From an uncultured Gemmatimonadaceae bacterium (lineage in GTDB: Bacteria > Gemmatimonadota > Gemmatimonadetes > Gemmatimonadales > Gemmatimonadaceae), in contig CAVXGK010000002.1 in assembly GCA_963761305.1 (NCBI GenBank), positions 992,001-1,056,000 on the forward strand: a DNA stretch of 64,000 nt, read 5' to 3'. This document shows, piece by piece, positions 10,195 to 19,716 of this stretch (within the stretch, counting starts at the first letter, position 1; the number at the start of each line of letters is the position of its first letter). Position numbers and translations under genes: made by a program. Under the pieces are notes generated by a model. The model was not told the DNA's origin, did no database searches, and saw nothing but the letters and a program-made list of their open reading frames with translations.

Positions 10195-10577
10195 TTGTCG
10201 CCTCCGGCGCTTCCGCCGAGCCGCTTCGCGATCAACGCGCGCAGGCGCTCGAGCTCTTTGCGACTCAGCTTCTTGTCGGAGACCATCTGCGCGAGCATCC
10301 GCTCGGCCGAGCCGTGGAAGATGGCGTCGCGAATTCGCGCGAGCGCGCTGCCCCCCGCCTTCTCGGCTTCCACGACGGCGAAATAGCGGTAGGCGCGGCC
10401 CTCGGCTTCGTGCCGCACGTAGCCTTTTTCTTCGAGTGTCTGCAGCGCCGAGAGCACGGAGGTATACGCCAGCTCGTCGTCGAGCCCGTCTTTGACTTCG
10501 CTCACGGTGGCGGACCCGAGACGCCAGAGCACGCTCATGACGGCGAGCTCACGGGGCGGGAAGTAGAAGTCGGACAT
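10191..10577 (-). CDS. BlaI/MecI/CopY family transcriptional repressor
   Basis: RELAVMSVLW, LAYTSVLSALQTLEEKGYV, GRAYRY; translationally coupled to the M56 gene. Confidence 0.93.
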   Translation of the reverse strand: MSDFYFPPRELAVMSVLWRLGSATVSEVKDGLDDELAYTSVLSALQTLEEKGYVRHEAEGRAYRYFAVVEAEKAGGSALARIRDAIFHGSAERMLAQMVSDKKLSRKELERLRALIAKRLGGSAGGDK

Positions 10578-10596
10578 TGGATCAGGGTACGCGAGA

Positions 10597-10620
10597 ACGG
10601 TGGACCGGTGAACCGGTGGA
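10597..10620 (+). repeat. CCGGTGGA-family tandem repeat (3 copies)
   Basis: acggtgga ccggtgaa ccggtgga. Confidence 0.6.
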
Positions 10621-10625
10621 TCGGC

Positions 10626-10668
10626 TACGGAAGTTTCCGTAATATGCGGCGCGCCGCGCGGTTGTCAA
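10626..10668 (-). promoter_or_regulatory. Promoter and putative BlaI operator
   Basis: Minus strand TTGACA-16 nt-CATATT, overlapped or followed by palindrome TACGGAA-GT-TTCCGTA (10626-10641). Confidence 0.65.
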
Positions 10669-10864
10669 CTGTTTTTTCCGTAGCCGAGCGAGGAACGGCA
10701 GTTTTCGTCGGCTGCACTGCGTCGCGGGCGTTGTCCGCTCCTGGGATTCGCCGCCAAAAAACGTGGCCAATCTGCGCGTCGGGAGCCCCTCGCGTGTCCT
10801 GCGGCCCATCGGCTCGTCTCCCTTCCGACGCCGCTTCCCCGCCCACCCGATCCGTTCCCCACCA

Positions 10865-13303
10865 GTGCGCCTCTCCCGAACCGACCTTCGCATTGCCGCC
10901 CGCTCGTTCGCGCGACAGCGCGCGTTCAGCATCGTCGCCGTGGTCTCCCTCGGTCTGGCGATCGCGCTCAACACGACAATGTACAGCGTGCTCGACGCGA
11001 TGCTCGAACCGCGCGTCGACGTGTCGCACCCGGAGCAGCTCTATTCGCTGAGCGTTTGGGGCGACCGGTACGGGAGAATCACGCTTCGGCAGCGCGCCGA
11101 GCTTCTGCACTCGGCGTCGAACGTGCTGGTCGCGACGACGAGCGTCGCGGCGCACGGCGACGCGGCGATGCTCGAGCACGGACGTCGCCTCCGGCGTGGG
11201 TCGGTCGCCACCGTCGCGCCGAACATCTTCAGCTTCCTCGGCGTGCGTCCGACCGCGGGCCGCGCCTTCACCGACGCCGACTACACAGACTCGTCGTCGC
11301 CGGTGGTGATCAGTACCGCGGTGGCGAGCGGCCTCTACCTATTCGACTCCCCGGTCGGCGCGACGATCAGCATCGACGGCGAATCGCACCCGATCATCGG
11401 CGTGGTCGATCGCGCGTCACAGCTCCCGGGATCGGCGGTCGACGTGTGGATGCTCCCGAAGCCGACCGTGCCGCTCGCCTCGCTCGCGATGAACGTCGCA
11501 CGCTTGCGACCGGGTATGACGCTCAAGGCAGCGCAGCCGATGATCGACGAGCTGTCGCGGCGATTCGGCAGGCTCGCTGAAGCGAATGGCGAGACGTCCA
11601 GCGGCGCGGGCTTTCTGCTCAAACCGATCGAGTTCCGCCAGTTCCATCTCGCCGGATTTCACTTCGCTCTAATCGGGGCCGTGCTCGCGGTGCTGCTCAT
11701 CGCCTGCGCGAATCTGGCGAACCTCCAGCTCGCGCGTGGACTCGGCCGCAGTCGCGAGCTCGCGTTGCGCGCGGCACTCGGCGCGACGCGCCGCGACATC
11801 ATCGCGCAGCTGTTGCTCGAGAGCGGCCTGCTCGCCGGTGCGGGCCTCGTGTTCGGCCTGTTGGCGACGCTGTGGAGCAACAAGCTGCTCGAGGCGCATA
11901 TTCCGCCGAGCGTCGCCGAGTGGGTGATCGCGCCGCAGACGAGCTGGCGGGTGTTCGCGTTCGGCATCGCGGCGTGCGTCGTGTGCGTCATCATCATCGG
12001 TCTCGTGCCGGCGCTTCATGTTTCACGCGCCGATCCGAACGAGCTGCTCAAGTCGGGCGCCGGCACGGGTGCGAATGCGAACAACCGCCGCAAGTATTCG
12101 TTGATGATCATGGTCGAGATGGGGCTCGCGCTGGCCGTGTTGAGCGGGACGGCGATCGTGGTGCGCAGCGCGCTGGCGTACAACACGTACGACACCGGCT
12201 ACGACCTCAAGCCGCTGACGCGCGCGTGGTTCTTCAACCGCACGCCGCATGTCGTGATGCGCTACGTCGACGCGCAGAACGAGGCGTTGAGCCGAGTGGC
12301 CGGGGTGCCCGATGTCGCGAGCGCCGCGGTCTCGACCAGCGGCTATCTCGACGGCGCCGGGATCGCCGCGGTCGACGCGCACGGCGACAAGCGCGAGTAC
12401 TTGTCGATGCGTCAGGGCTACAGCGTCGTGTCACCGGGATATCTGCGCACGATGGGAATCCCGATCGTGCAAGGCCGCGACTTCGCCGACGGTGCGTCGA
12501 GCGTGGGCGAGCTGATCATCGACGAGCAGACCGCTCTCTTTCTCTGGCCCGACGGCCACGTCGTCGGCAACCAGATCAAGCTGGGGACGGACTCGTCGCA
12601 CGCACCCTGGGTGCGCGTGATCGGCGTATCGCGGCTGACGCACGGGCATTTCACGCAGCACGAGATCGACAATCCGCACGCACCACCGCCGCACGCGCTC
12701 GGCGTGATGTACTACCGTCCGGCGGCCACGGACACGTTCGTCGCCAGCAAGTTCGGTTACTCGAACGTGCTGGTCGTGCGCGCGGCGCGCGATCCGCAAC
12801 ACATGCCACTCACTCTCCGCCACACTTTAGCCGTCGCGCTGCCGTACTCGTGGATGGCGAACGCAGAGAGCATGGAGGACGCGATCGGACTCCGCACGCT
12901 GCGCGAGAGCCACGATTTCGTCGCCGGCGTGTTTCAGCTGTTCACGCTGCTCGCGCTCGGCCTCGCGGCCCTCGGCATCTACGGCGTCGTCGCGCATTCG
13001 GTGGCCGAACGCAGACGCGAGATCGGCGTACGCATCGCTCTCGGCGCGGACGCGCGTCAAATCTTGCGCGCGGTGCTCCGCGAGGGGAACGCCGTCGCGC
13101 TCGGCGGCGTCGCCTTCGGGCTGCTCTGCACCAAGTACACGATGAAATGGCTGTACGCGTTCTCGTTCGACGGCGACGAGTACGACGCGCCGCTCTTCGC
13201 CGCGATGGCGGCGGTGCTGTTCATCGTGGCGATCGCGGCGTCGTTCGGGCCGGCACTCCGCGCGACGCGCATCGATCCCGTGGAGTCGATGCGCGCGGAA
13301 TGA
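10865..13303 (+). CDS. Duplicated MacB/FtsX-type ABC permease (ADOP-like, no ATPase)
   Basis: LLIACANLANLQLAR, RSRELALRAALGA, RRREIGVRIALGA, RATRIDPVESMRAE. Confidence 0.9.
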   Translation: MRLSRTDLRIAARSFARQRAFSIVAVVSLGLAIALNTTMYSVLDAMLEPRVDVSHPEQLYSLSVWGDRYGRITLRQRAELLHSASNVLVATTSVAAHGDAAMLEHGRRLRRGSVATVAPNIFSFLGVRPTAGRAFTDADYTDSSSPVVISTAVASGLYLFDSPVGATISIDGESHPIIGVVDRASQLPGSAVDVWMLPKPTVPLASLAMNVARLRPGMTLKAAQPMIDELSRRFGRLAEANGETSSGAGFLLKPIEFRQFHLAGFHFALIGAVLAVLLIACANLANLQLARGLGRSRELALRAALGATRRDIIAQLLLESGLLAGAGLVFGLLATLWSNKLLEAHIPPSVAEWVIAPQTSWRVFAFGIAACVVCVIIIGLVPALHVSRADPNELLKSGAGTGANANNRRKYSLMIMVEMGLALAVLSGTAIVVRSALAYNTYDTGYDLKPLTRAWFFNRTPHVVMRYVDAQNEALSRVAGVPDVASAAVSTSGYLDGAGIAAVDAHGDKREYLSMRQGYSVVSPGYLRTMGIPIVQGRDFADGASSVGELIIDEQTALFLWPDGHVVGNQIKLGTDSSHAPWVRVIGVSRLTHGHFTQHEIDNPHAPPPHALGVMYYRPAATDTFVASKFGYSNVLVVRAARDPQHMPLTLRHTLAVALPYSWMANAESMEDAIGLRTLRESHDFVAGVFQLFTLLALGLAALGIYGVVAHSVAERRREIGVRIALGADARQILRAVLREGNAVALGGVAFGLLCTKYTMKWLYAFSFDGDEYDAPLFAAMAAVLFIVAIAASFGPALRATRIDPVESMRAE

Positions 13304-13315
13304 ACCGCGGTTCGG

Positions 13316-14590
13316 CTATCGATTCACCAATGCCGCGTAGACTTCGCCCGGCAGTTTTGCCGCGAGATCCGCGGTGTTCGGAATCTGATTGATCATGAAC
13401 ACGACGGTGAGCTTCTCCGTCGGGTCCACGAACGCGATCGTGCCGTATCCGCCGCGCCAGCCGAACGTCCCGATCGACTTCGGGCCGTCGGCCCCCGTGT
13501 TGTCGATCGTATAAAAGCCGAAGCCAAAGCCCTGCCCCGGCACGCCGTAGCGCGCGCCGATCTGATTGTGCGTCATCAGGTCCACGGAGCGCGGTGAGAG
13601 AATTCGCACGTCGTCTAACGTGCCGCCGCTCCGCACCATCTCGAGGAAACGCGCGTAGTCGCGTGCCGTGGAGAGCAGCCCGGCGCCGCCGGCGAGATTC
13701 TTTCGCGGCCCGTCCACATAATCACCCTGGCCGCGCGGACCGGCCGGCCCGCGAATCGCATGGTTCGTCGAGTCGCTCGCGTACACGGCGACGAGCCGCG
13801 GGCGCTCGTCGGGCGGCAGAAAGAAGTGCGTGTCCTTCATGCCGAGCGGTGCGGTTATGCGATCGTGGATGAAGCGGTCGAGTGGGATCCCCGAGACGCG
13901 CTCGACGACGCAGCCGAGAATGTCCAGGTTGTACCCGAATACCCATTTTTCGCCCGGCTGCGCGACGAACGGCAACGTGCCGAGGCGCTGCATTGTCGCG
14001 CACGCCGGTTCGTCCTTGTCGGCCGTGTACCAGCCGAGTCCCGCGCCGGCTCCGGGGCCAAGCCCCTTGGCGGCGTAGCGCGCGGCGACCTGAGGCTCGA
14101 GACCGTAGGAAATGCCCGCCGTGTGCGTGATCAGATCGCGAATCGTGATCGGGCGACGGGCGCGCACCAGCGTGCGTCCATTGTCACCGGCTCGGTTGCT
14201 CGCCACGAACGTTTTCGCGAAGGAGGGGACCCACCGCGAAACCGGATCGTCGATCGAAAGCCTCCCCACCTCGGCGAGCTGAAGGATCGCGACTGACGTG
14301 ATGGGCTTCGACTCCGACGCGATGCGAAAGATCGCGTCGGTGGTCATCGGTCGATGCGCTTCGCGGTCCGCCCAACCGCCGGCCTTGTCGTAGACGACCT
14401 TGCCGTCGCGCAGCACGAGCACCACGGCGCCGGCGATTCGATTCGAGTCGACGTACGCCTGGAGAAAGCGATCGATCCTCGTCGCTTGCGCGACGCACGG
14501 CGCGAGAGGCACGATCGTCAGCACCGCGGCCGCGGACGCGACCACGCCGGTACGCGTGCGCCGCAGGCGGCGCGGTGGGACGTCACTCAT
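13316..14590 (-). CDS. Serine hydrolase, beta-lactamase/class C-like family
   Basis: FRIASESK (SxxK), LITHTAG, QPGEKW, GGAGLLST, FGWRG. Confidence 0.88.
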   Translation of the reverse strand: MSDVPPRRLRRTRTGVVASAAAVLTIVPLAPCVAQATRIDRFLQAYVDSNRIAGAVVLVLRDGKVVYDKAGGWADREAHRPMTTDAIFRIASESKPITSVAILQLAEVGRLSIDDPVSRWVPSFAKTFVASNRAGDNGRTLVRARRPITIRDLITHTAGISYGLEPQVAARYAAKGLGPGAGAGLGWYTADKDEPACATMQRLGTLPFVAQPGEKWVFGYNLDILGCVVERVSGIPLDRFIHDRITAPLGMKDTHFFLPPDERPRLVAVYASDSTNHAIRGPAGPRGQGDYVDGPRKNLAGGAGLLSTARDYARFLEMVRSGGTLDDVRILSPRSVDLMTHNQIGARYGVPGQGFGFGFYTIDNTGADGPKSIGTFGWRGGYGTIAFVDPTEKLTVVFMINQIPNTADLAAKLPGEVYAALVNR

Positions 14591-14731
14591 GGGAACGCTC
14601 TCCTCGGCTGAGAACGCGACGATAGGTTGGTCCTTCCAAGTCAGAGCGGTCCGGCTCCGTGAGACCGGACACGTTCGCTCCTCATTATACACGCGTTCGG
14701 CCGACGCGCGGCGCGGCCGACGAGCGACCGT

Positions 14732-15001
14732 TCAGTGACCGAAACGACGGTGGAGCGAGCGCCACTCGAGCATGGCGGCGAGTCCGCTCAACACCATGCT
14801 ACCACTGAGGTAGAACGCGCTCTCCAACACGAGTCGGTTCGCGTCGTATTCGCCGAGACTTCCGCCGACGAGCGCGTTCCAGGCGGCCAGCGAGATTCCG
14901 AGCACCGCGCCGATGCGCGAGACGCGTTCTTCGATGAACGAATGGCGGCCCCGTCGGTTCGCCGCGAGCCAGTCGGCGCGATCAAGTTCGTCGTCGGACA
15001 C
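14732..15001 (-). CDS. Small hypothetical membrane protein
   Basis: 89 aa, two hydrophobic segments, gagg RBS upstream. Confidence 0.55.
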   Translation of the reverse strand: MSDDELDRADWLAANRRGRHSFIEERVSRIGAVLGISLAAWNALVGGSLGEYDANRLVLESAFYLSGSMVLSGLAAMLEWRSLHRRFGH

Positions 15002-15061
15002 GCCTCAGAGAGGCGCACCAACCGTGCCTTTCCCGGAACAACCTCGGCTTCCGACGCCCGG

Positions 15062-15874
15062 CTAATGCGTGAGCGCGTAGATGAGGTAGTTGACGCCGAG
15101 CTTGTATGCCTCGTTCGACTCGTCGATGGGCCGGAAGCCCATGGCCGAGTATTCCCAGTAGTTCGAGATGTCCGTGTTGAAGTTGATCATCACCATGAGG
15201 CGCTTCTTCGGGTCGTTGTTCTCGAAGACGCCGCGAAACACGGGCGGACCAAAATCGTAGAACTGCCTCACGATGTCGAACGACGGGATGTCGAAGAACG
15301 AGTGGAAGATCGGGTGCGCGATGTCCATGTCGACCGGATGCAGTCCGGGCAGCACGAGGGCGAGCATCGCCTCCAGGTTCGCCCATCCCGACTTTCCGCG
15401 GCGGCTGTCCTCGCGCGAGTCGTCGATGATGAGGAAGCCGCCCTTGAGGATGTACTTCCGGAGCGCGGCCACCTCTTTGTCGTCGAGCGTCAGGTACCCG
15501 CCCTCGACGAGGAACGCCACCGGATAGTGAAAGAGGGCCGGGTCGTCGATCGCGATGGCGTTCGTCGCGTCGACGTGCGGGCGCAACGTGCTGATGTCCG
15601 CCGTGATCTTGAGCAGGTTCGATTCGGCGGTGCCGTTGTCGGTATAGCCGTATCCGTGCGCCCACGACGGCTCGCCGCGGTAGTAGCACCCTCCCGGACC
15701 GCCGGTGTACATCAGCCGCGCGAAGGTGAAGCGGCCGTCGTACGGAATGTTGTTGATCGGCGGGTTCTGGCAGCCGAGCATGCCGCCGAAACCCCCGGTA
15801 CGCTGCGCGTGCGCCACTGGAAGCGCGCACGCAACGAGGACTGCCACCATCGTTGTTGTGACAACTCTATTCAC
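15062..15874 (-). CDS. DUF4159 domain-containing secreted protein
   Basis: FTFARLMY, LRKYILKGGFLIIDD, HPIFHSFF, NTDISNYWE, KLGVNYLIYALTH. Confidence 0.82.
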   Translation of the reverse strand: MNRVVTTTMVAVLVACALPVAHAQRTGGFGGMLGCQNPPINNIPYDGRFTFARLMYTGGPGGCYYRGEPSWAHGYGYTDNGTAESNLLKITADISTLRPHVDATNAIAIDDPALFHYPVAFLVEGGYLTLDDKEVAALRKYILKGGFLIIDDSREDSRRGKSGWANLEAMLALVLPGLHPVDMDIAHPIFHSFFDIPSFDIVRQFYDFGPPVFRGVFENNDPKKRLMVMINFNTDISNYWEYSAMGFRPIDESNEAYKLGVNYLIYALTH

Positions 15875-17123
15875 AAATCGCCGTCCGGCGGAGATAGGAC
15901 GCAAGCGCCGCGTTGGTGACATCCCGGATTCGGGCGGACATCGCGGCGTCGGCCGTCTCTGACAAGATGCGGTCGGCGATCGGTCCAAGGAAGCGGGCGT
16001 ACCGCGCTAGGGTTTCTTGATCGTGGGCGCCGACTGCCGTTCGAACGGTCTGGACGGTCGCGGGTGTCAGGACTTCCATGCGGCCGACGAACACCCTGGT
16101 GACGTGAGACGGCGCCGGGGCGATCTCGAGCGGCAGGATCTCATCTACGGTTCGGCGCGGTACGATGTAGAACACGCGCGTCCCCTCCTCGAACCACGAG
16201 TCGCGCCACGTCTCGACCATCGCCGACGCTTCCCTGGCCGTGAGGCCATTGGCCACCAGGGTCTGCTCGAGCGTCGACCTGAGGTCGTCGAAGGAACCGT
16301 CGAGTGACGGCGGCGCGACCGTCCGGTCGCCGCTGAGCCGCCCGACGACGCGGAATCCAAGCCTCGCGCCGCGTCGCTCGAACAACACGACGGCTGGGAT
16401 TTCCGCGTCCGAAACGTTTTTCAGAACGATGCGGCCGTCGCCGTCGACGGCCGCGCTCAGCGACGCGTCGAAATCCGCCACTCCTCTGTAGAAGAGGAAT
16501 CGCTCGTGCTGGTCGCCGACCGATAGCGGCGCGGCGTCGGTGCTGCGGGCGGCGTAGTAGTGCGACGCACCGCGCTCGAGCGGGAACGCCGGCTGCGCCG
16601 TCGGTGACACTCGTACACTCGGCCACTCGATGACGCTGGATTCGTTCGGATTCCGCAGCGTCGCCGCGCTGACCGCTGCCTGGGAGACGACGGCCGGCGG
16701 ATACCACTCGGTCATGAGGCCCCGATGGAATCGCACCCGCACGCGCACCGTGGTGTCGCGATTCGAGTAGAAGTAGAGAACGGGCGTCTCCATGCGTACT
16801 CGTGCCGCCATGCCGCGACGGGCGTCGCCGTACGCGACATTGGTGCTCGCGCCGCCGGGACCGATCCGCGAACCGTTGGGCAACACCTTGACCAGCGGGT
16901 CGCTGTTGAAGTGCTCGACGAAGCACGGCAGATCGCTCGGGCCGCCGAGCGGCAACCAGTCGATCGCTCGGCCGTCGACCCCCGCGACGGTGGTGAACGT
17001 CCCCCACTCGTGCACCGCGAGCTCGTCGGCGGCGGCTGGGTACAGTGCGGATTCGCCGACTCGTACCGTGACAAACACACCCACCGCGATCGCGCAAAGC
17101 ACCGGCATCAGGAAGCGACGCAT
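15867..17123 (-). CDS. Conserved hypothetical secreted protein (HEWGTFT / METPVLYFY motif family)
   Basis: Signal-like N-terminus; VHEWGTFT, RMETPVLYFY, EWYP, FLFYRG, MVETWRDSWFEEG. Confidence 0.75.
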   Translation of the reverse strand: MRRFLMPVLCAIAVGVFVTVRVGESALYPAAADELAVHEWGTFTTVAGVDGRAIDWLPLGGPSDLPCFVEHFNSDPLVKVLPNGSRIGPGGASTNVAYGDARRGMAARVRMETPVLYFYSNRDTTVRVRVRFHRGLMTEWYPPAVVSQAAVSAATLRNPNESSVIEWPSVRVSPTAQPAFPLERGASHYYAARSTDAAPLSVGDQHERFLFYRGVADFDASLSAAVDGDGRIVLKNVSDAEIPAVVLFERRGARLGFRVVGRLSGDRTVAPPSLDGSFDDLRSTLEQTLVANGLTAREASAMVETWRDSWFEEGTRVFYIVPRRTVDEILPLEIAPAPSHVTRVFVGRMEVLTPATVQTVRTAVGAHDQETLARYARFLGPIADRILSETADAAMSARIRDVTNAALASYLRRTAICE

Positions 17124-17242
17124 GGCTGTTCTCCTGAACGGTCGATTTCAGAGGACGACCCCCTGCCCTCTCGAAGAGTCACATCGCACAGCCTCTGCTC
17201 GTCTGCTCTGTAGGCGGACTGGCCCCGTTCTCGCAGGCTGAG

Positions 17243-17293
17243 CCGGTGGACCGGTGGACCGGTGGACCGGTGGACCGGTGGACCGGTGGACCG
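17243..17293 (+). repeat. (CCGGTGGA)6 perfect tandem repeat
   Basis: Six exact copies at 17243-17290 plus a partial copy. Confidence 0.95.
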
Positions 17294-17312
17294 CCAGAGT
17301 CAGTCACCCTGT

Positions 17313-17331
17313 ATCAGTTTCTGAAACTGAT
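17313..17331. promoter_or_regulatory. Perfect palindrome, candidate operator
   Basis: ATCAGTTTC-T-GAAACTGAT between divergent genes. Confidence 0.45.
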
Positions 17332-17370
17332 GTCTCGGATCTGAACGTGCCGTTCTCGCCGTTTCCGCCG

Positions 17371-17530
17371 TTTGTTACCATCGCCTTTCGTTACCCTCGC
17401 TCTTCGTTATCATCGCTCTTCGTCACTCTCGCCCTTCGTCACTCTCGCTCTTCGTCACTCTCGCTCTTCGTCATCATCGCCCTTCGTCACTCTCGCTCTT
17501 CGTTACCATCGCCGTTCGTCACCTTCGCCC
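17371..17530. repeat. 16-bp tandem repeat, 10 copies (consensus TTCGTCACTCTCGCYC)
   Basis: Ten contiguous 16-mers ending 10 nt before ATG 17541. Confidence 0.92.
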
Positions 17531-17540
17531 TTCGGTTTCC

Positions 17541-18023
17541 ATGCGCTTACTCTCATTCGCGGCGCTCCTTGCGTTCCCCGCCGTCGCCCAGTCTCAGCTT
17601 CGACTTTCCGTCGGCGCCGGCGCCGGCATATCTGGTTCGACCGACGAGTCGCTCTCGTACGGCACCGGTGCTCCCATCCTCATGGGCCAGGTCACTCGTT
17701 CGGTGTTTCCGCTGCTCGGCCTCGGCGCCGAGGTCGACTACTGGAAAGGCAGCGTCTCGCACGTCGCGTTCGCGACGGGCCTCGTGCAGGCGCGCCTACC
17801 GGTCATTCCCCTCTACGTGAAGGCCGGCCTCGGCTACGGCGACGGCGATCCGGACGGCCACGGAAATGTGAGCGGTCTCGCCGGCCAACTCGGCATCATG
17901 TACGATGTCACGCTGCCAGCCTTTCCGATCGCGCTCACCGTGTTCACCAACGCGTTTCTCGCACACGCGACGCTCCGCAGTGTGCAGACGGTCGACGCCG
18001 GGCTGGCGCTCACCTGGCGGTAG
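17541..18023 (+). CDS. Small outer-membrane beta-barrel protein
   Basis: Signal peptide, amphipathic beta-strand pattern, PLYVKAGLGYG, C-terminal AGLALTWR. Confidence 0.7.
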   Translation: MRLLSFAALLAFPAVAQSQLRLSVGAGAGISGSTDESLSYGTGAPILMGQVTRSVFPLLGLGAEVDYWKGSVSHVAFATGLVQARLPVIPLYVKAGLGYGDGDPDGHGNVSGLAGQLGIMYDVTLPAFPIALTVFTNAFLAHATLRSVQTVDAGLALTWR

Positions 18024-18130
18024 GAAATCGACACCGCGCGAAGCGATGGCGCCATTTATGCGACCCGATCGGGCGCGTTGAGAACGGTTCGAGCAATGTG
18101 GGGGACTCATTCACGCCATTCGGGGGCCGT

Positions 18131-18469
18131 ATGCCGAGAGCGGACAGCGCGGGTGATTACGCACGATCGAACGATCTGCGGCGGGCGTCGGAAGAAGTGA
18201 TCGCGCGGTTGGAGTCGCTCGGCATCACGCTCAACGGTGACGAGAGTCCCGAATCGTTGATCCTCGTCCTCGAGGAAGTCGAGCGATTCGAGGAAGCGGT
18301 CGAGGAGTGTGGCGGCGATCTCATGCTCGACGAGAATCCCCCGGGCACGCTCGCGCAACCGGACGACCCGCGCTTCGCGCTGCCGATGCGCCGAGCCGAC
18401 GAGACGATTCGCGCCTACCGCGAGCGACTCGCGCAAGCGACCGACGAGCTGGCAGGCCAGCAGCCGTAG
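18131..18469 (+). CDS. Hypothetical protein
   Basis: 112 aa acidic protein with GC3-rich codon usage. Confidence 0.65.
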   Translation: MPRADSAGDYARSNDLRRASEEVIARLESLGITLNGDESPESLILVLEEVERFEEAVEECGGDLMLDENPPGTLAQPDDPRFALPMRRADETIRAYRERLAQATDELAGQQP

Positions 18470-18482
18470 CTCGCGCGACGGG

Positions 18483-19235
18483 CTACCTCCCCGCGTGCCT
18501 GCGTTCGCTGAACAGCGGCTCGTCGTCGCTGTCGAGAAACGCGACGATGTCGCCCGCCGGGGCCGACGGCGGCACGAGGTGGCCTTCGGCGGCCAGGCGC
18601 ACGAAAAAACTCACCGACGGCAGCCTCTCGCGCGACGACGTGCGAGCGGTCTCCTGCATCGGCGTATCGACGGTTCCGGGCTCGAATGAGAGAATTGCAA
18701 TGTCGGCGTGCGTGCCGCGGGCGCGCGCCGCTTCCTCTTCGGCGGCGAGCGCCATGCCGGCCATGCGGAGCCCGGCCTTGCTGGTGCAATAGGCGCCGAG
18801 TCCCGCGATTCCGCGCACCGCCGCCGCCGACGACACGTTGACGATGCGCAGCGGCGTCTCGGCCGGCGTGCGCCGCGCGACCTGACCCATCAGCCACGCC
18901 GGCGCGACGACGTTCGTCGCCAGAACGCCGGAAAAAGCCTCGGCCTCGGTGCGCGTGAGGGGTCCGAGAAATCCGGCGTGGGCAGCATTGTTGACCAGCG
19001 CCACGCGCGCCCATCGGGCCTCGCCGAACGCGGCGTCGAGGCGCGGCGCGACGATACGCGCGAGCAACGGCGTGTCTCCCAAATCGACCGACACGTGTTG
19101 ATAGTGCTCGTGCCGGATCTGCGGGTCGCGCCGCGCGAAGCCGACGACTCTCCAATCGCGCTCGAGCAGCTGGCGGGCGACGGCGTCCCCGAGGCCGGAC
19201 GATGTTCCGGTGACGAGCGCGATGCGGTTGGGCAT
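18483..19235 (-). CDS. Short-chain dehydrogenase/reductase (benzil/sepiapterin reductase-like)
   Basis: VTGTSSGLG, LVNNAA, NVSS, YCTSK, PGTVDTPMQ; start 19235 or 19247. Confidence 0.9.
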   Translation of the reverse strand: MPNRIALVTGTSSGLGDAVARQLLERDWRVVGFARRDPQIRHEHYQHVSVDLGDTPLLARIVAPRLDAAFGEARWARVALVNNAAHAGFLGPLTRTEAEAFSGVLATNVVAPAWLMGQVARRTPAETPLRIVNVSSAAAVRGIAGLGAYCTSKAGLRMAGMALAAEEEAARARGTHADIAILSFEPGTVDTPMQETARTSSRERLPSVSFFVRLAAEGHLVPPSAPAGDIVAFLDSDDEPLFSERRHAGR

Positions 19236-19334
19236 TTGATAGGACATTCTAACAGCCGTGTGGCCCAGCCCGCTCGGCTCGAGACGCGTCATTCGCCGTC
19301 GTACGTTCGGGCCTTCTCGCGCCCGGGAGCCAGC

Positions 19335-19650
19335 GTGCAACTCTTCGATAGAAGCGCGGTGGTCGCCGTATCGTTCGTGCTCCTCGCCGGACCACTCCCG
19401 GGCGTGTCTCGGACAATCGCGCCGTCGGCGACGGCCGACCCGGACGCCTGCTCGCTGCTCACCACGACCAGGTGAACGCGCCGTCGAGGCCAAGACGCAG
19501 CCCGGTCAACACCTGGTCGCGTCGAGCACCAAGCAATGCATCTGGTCCGACGCCGCCACGCCGATGGACGTCGCCAGCGAGGCTCCGTACCTGTACGTGA
19601 AGAAAGGCAATTCGTTCTTGTGCGTGCGCGACCGCACGCCGCCGCCATGA
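19335..19650 (+). pseudogene. Frameshifted remnant of a secreted protein gene
   Basis: Signal-like VVAVSFVLLAG and DACSLLT in one frame (stop at 19473-19475), continuing as AVEAKTQPG...KQCIWSD...LYVKKG in another frame. Confidence 0.5.
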
Positions 19651-19657
19651 TTCCTAC

Positions 19658-19696
19658 TTGACGACCCTCGGCCTCTGTCGTACCCTACCTATGTAG
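19658..19696 (+). promoter_or_regulatory. sigma70 promoter with CTAC-N4-GTAG inverted repeat (putative PadR operator)
   Basis: TTGACG-17 nt-TACCCT overlapping ctacctatgtag. Confidence 0.6.
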
Positions 19697-19716
19697 AGAA
19701 CGACTTAGAGGCCCGC

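Noticed and set aside
14591..14692. Riboswitch in the serine hydrolase leader (hairpin; 14-mer cggtctcacggagc shared with 7593-7606)
   Set aside because: No known aptamer consensus recognised, and a single 14-mer match is expected by chance in GC-rich sequence of this length
17371..17530. CRISPR array, or coding ORFs 17254-17820 and 17372-18469
   Set aside because: Contiguous 16-mers without spacers; the ORFs are low-complexity translations of the repeat overlapping better genes
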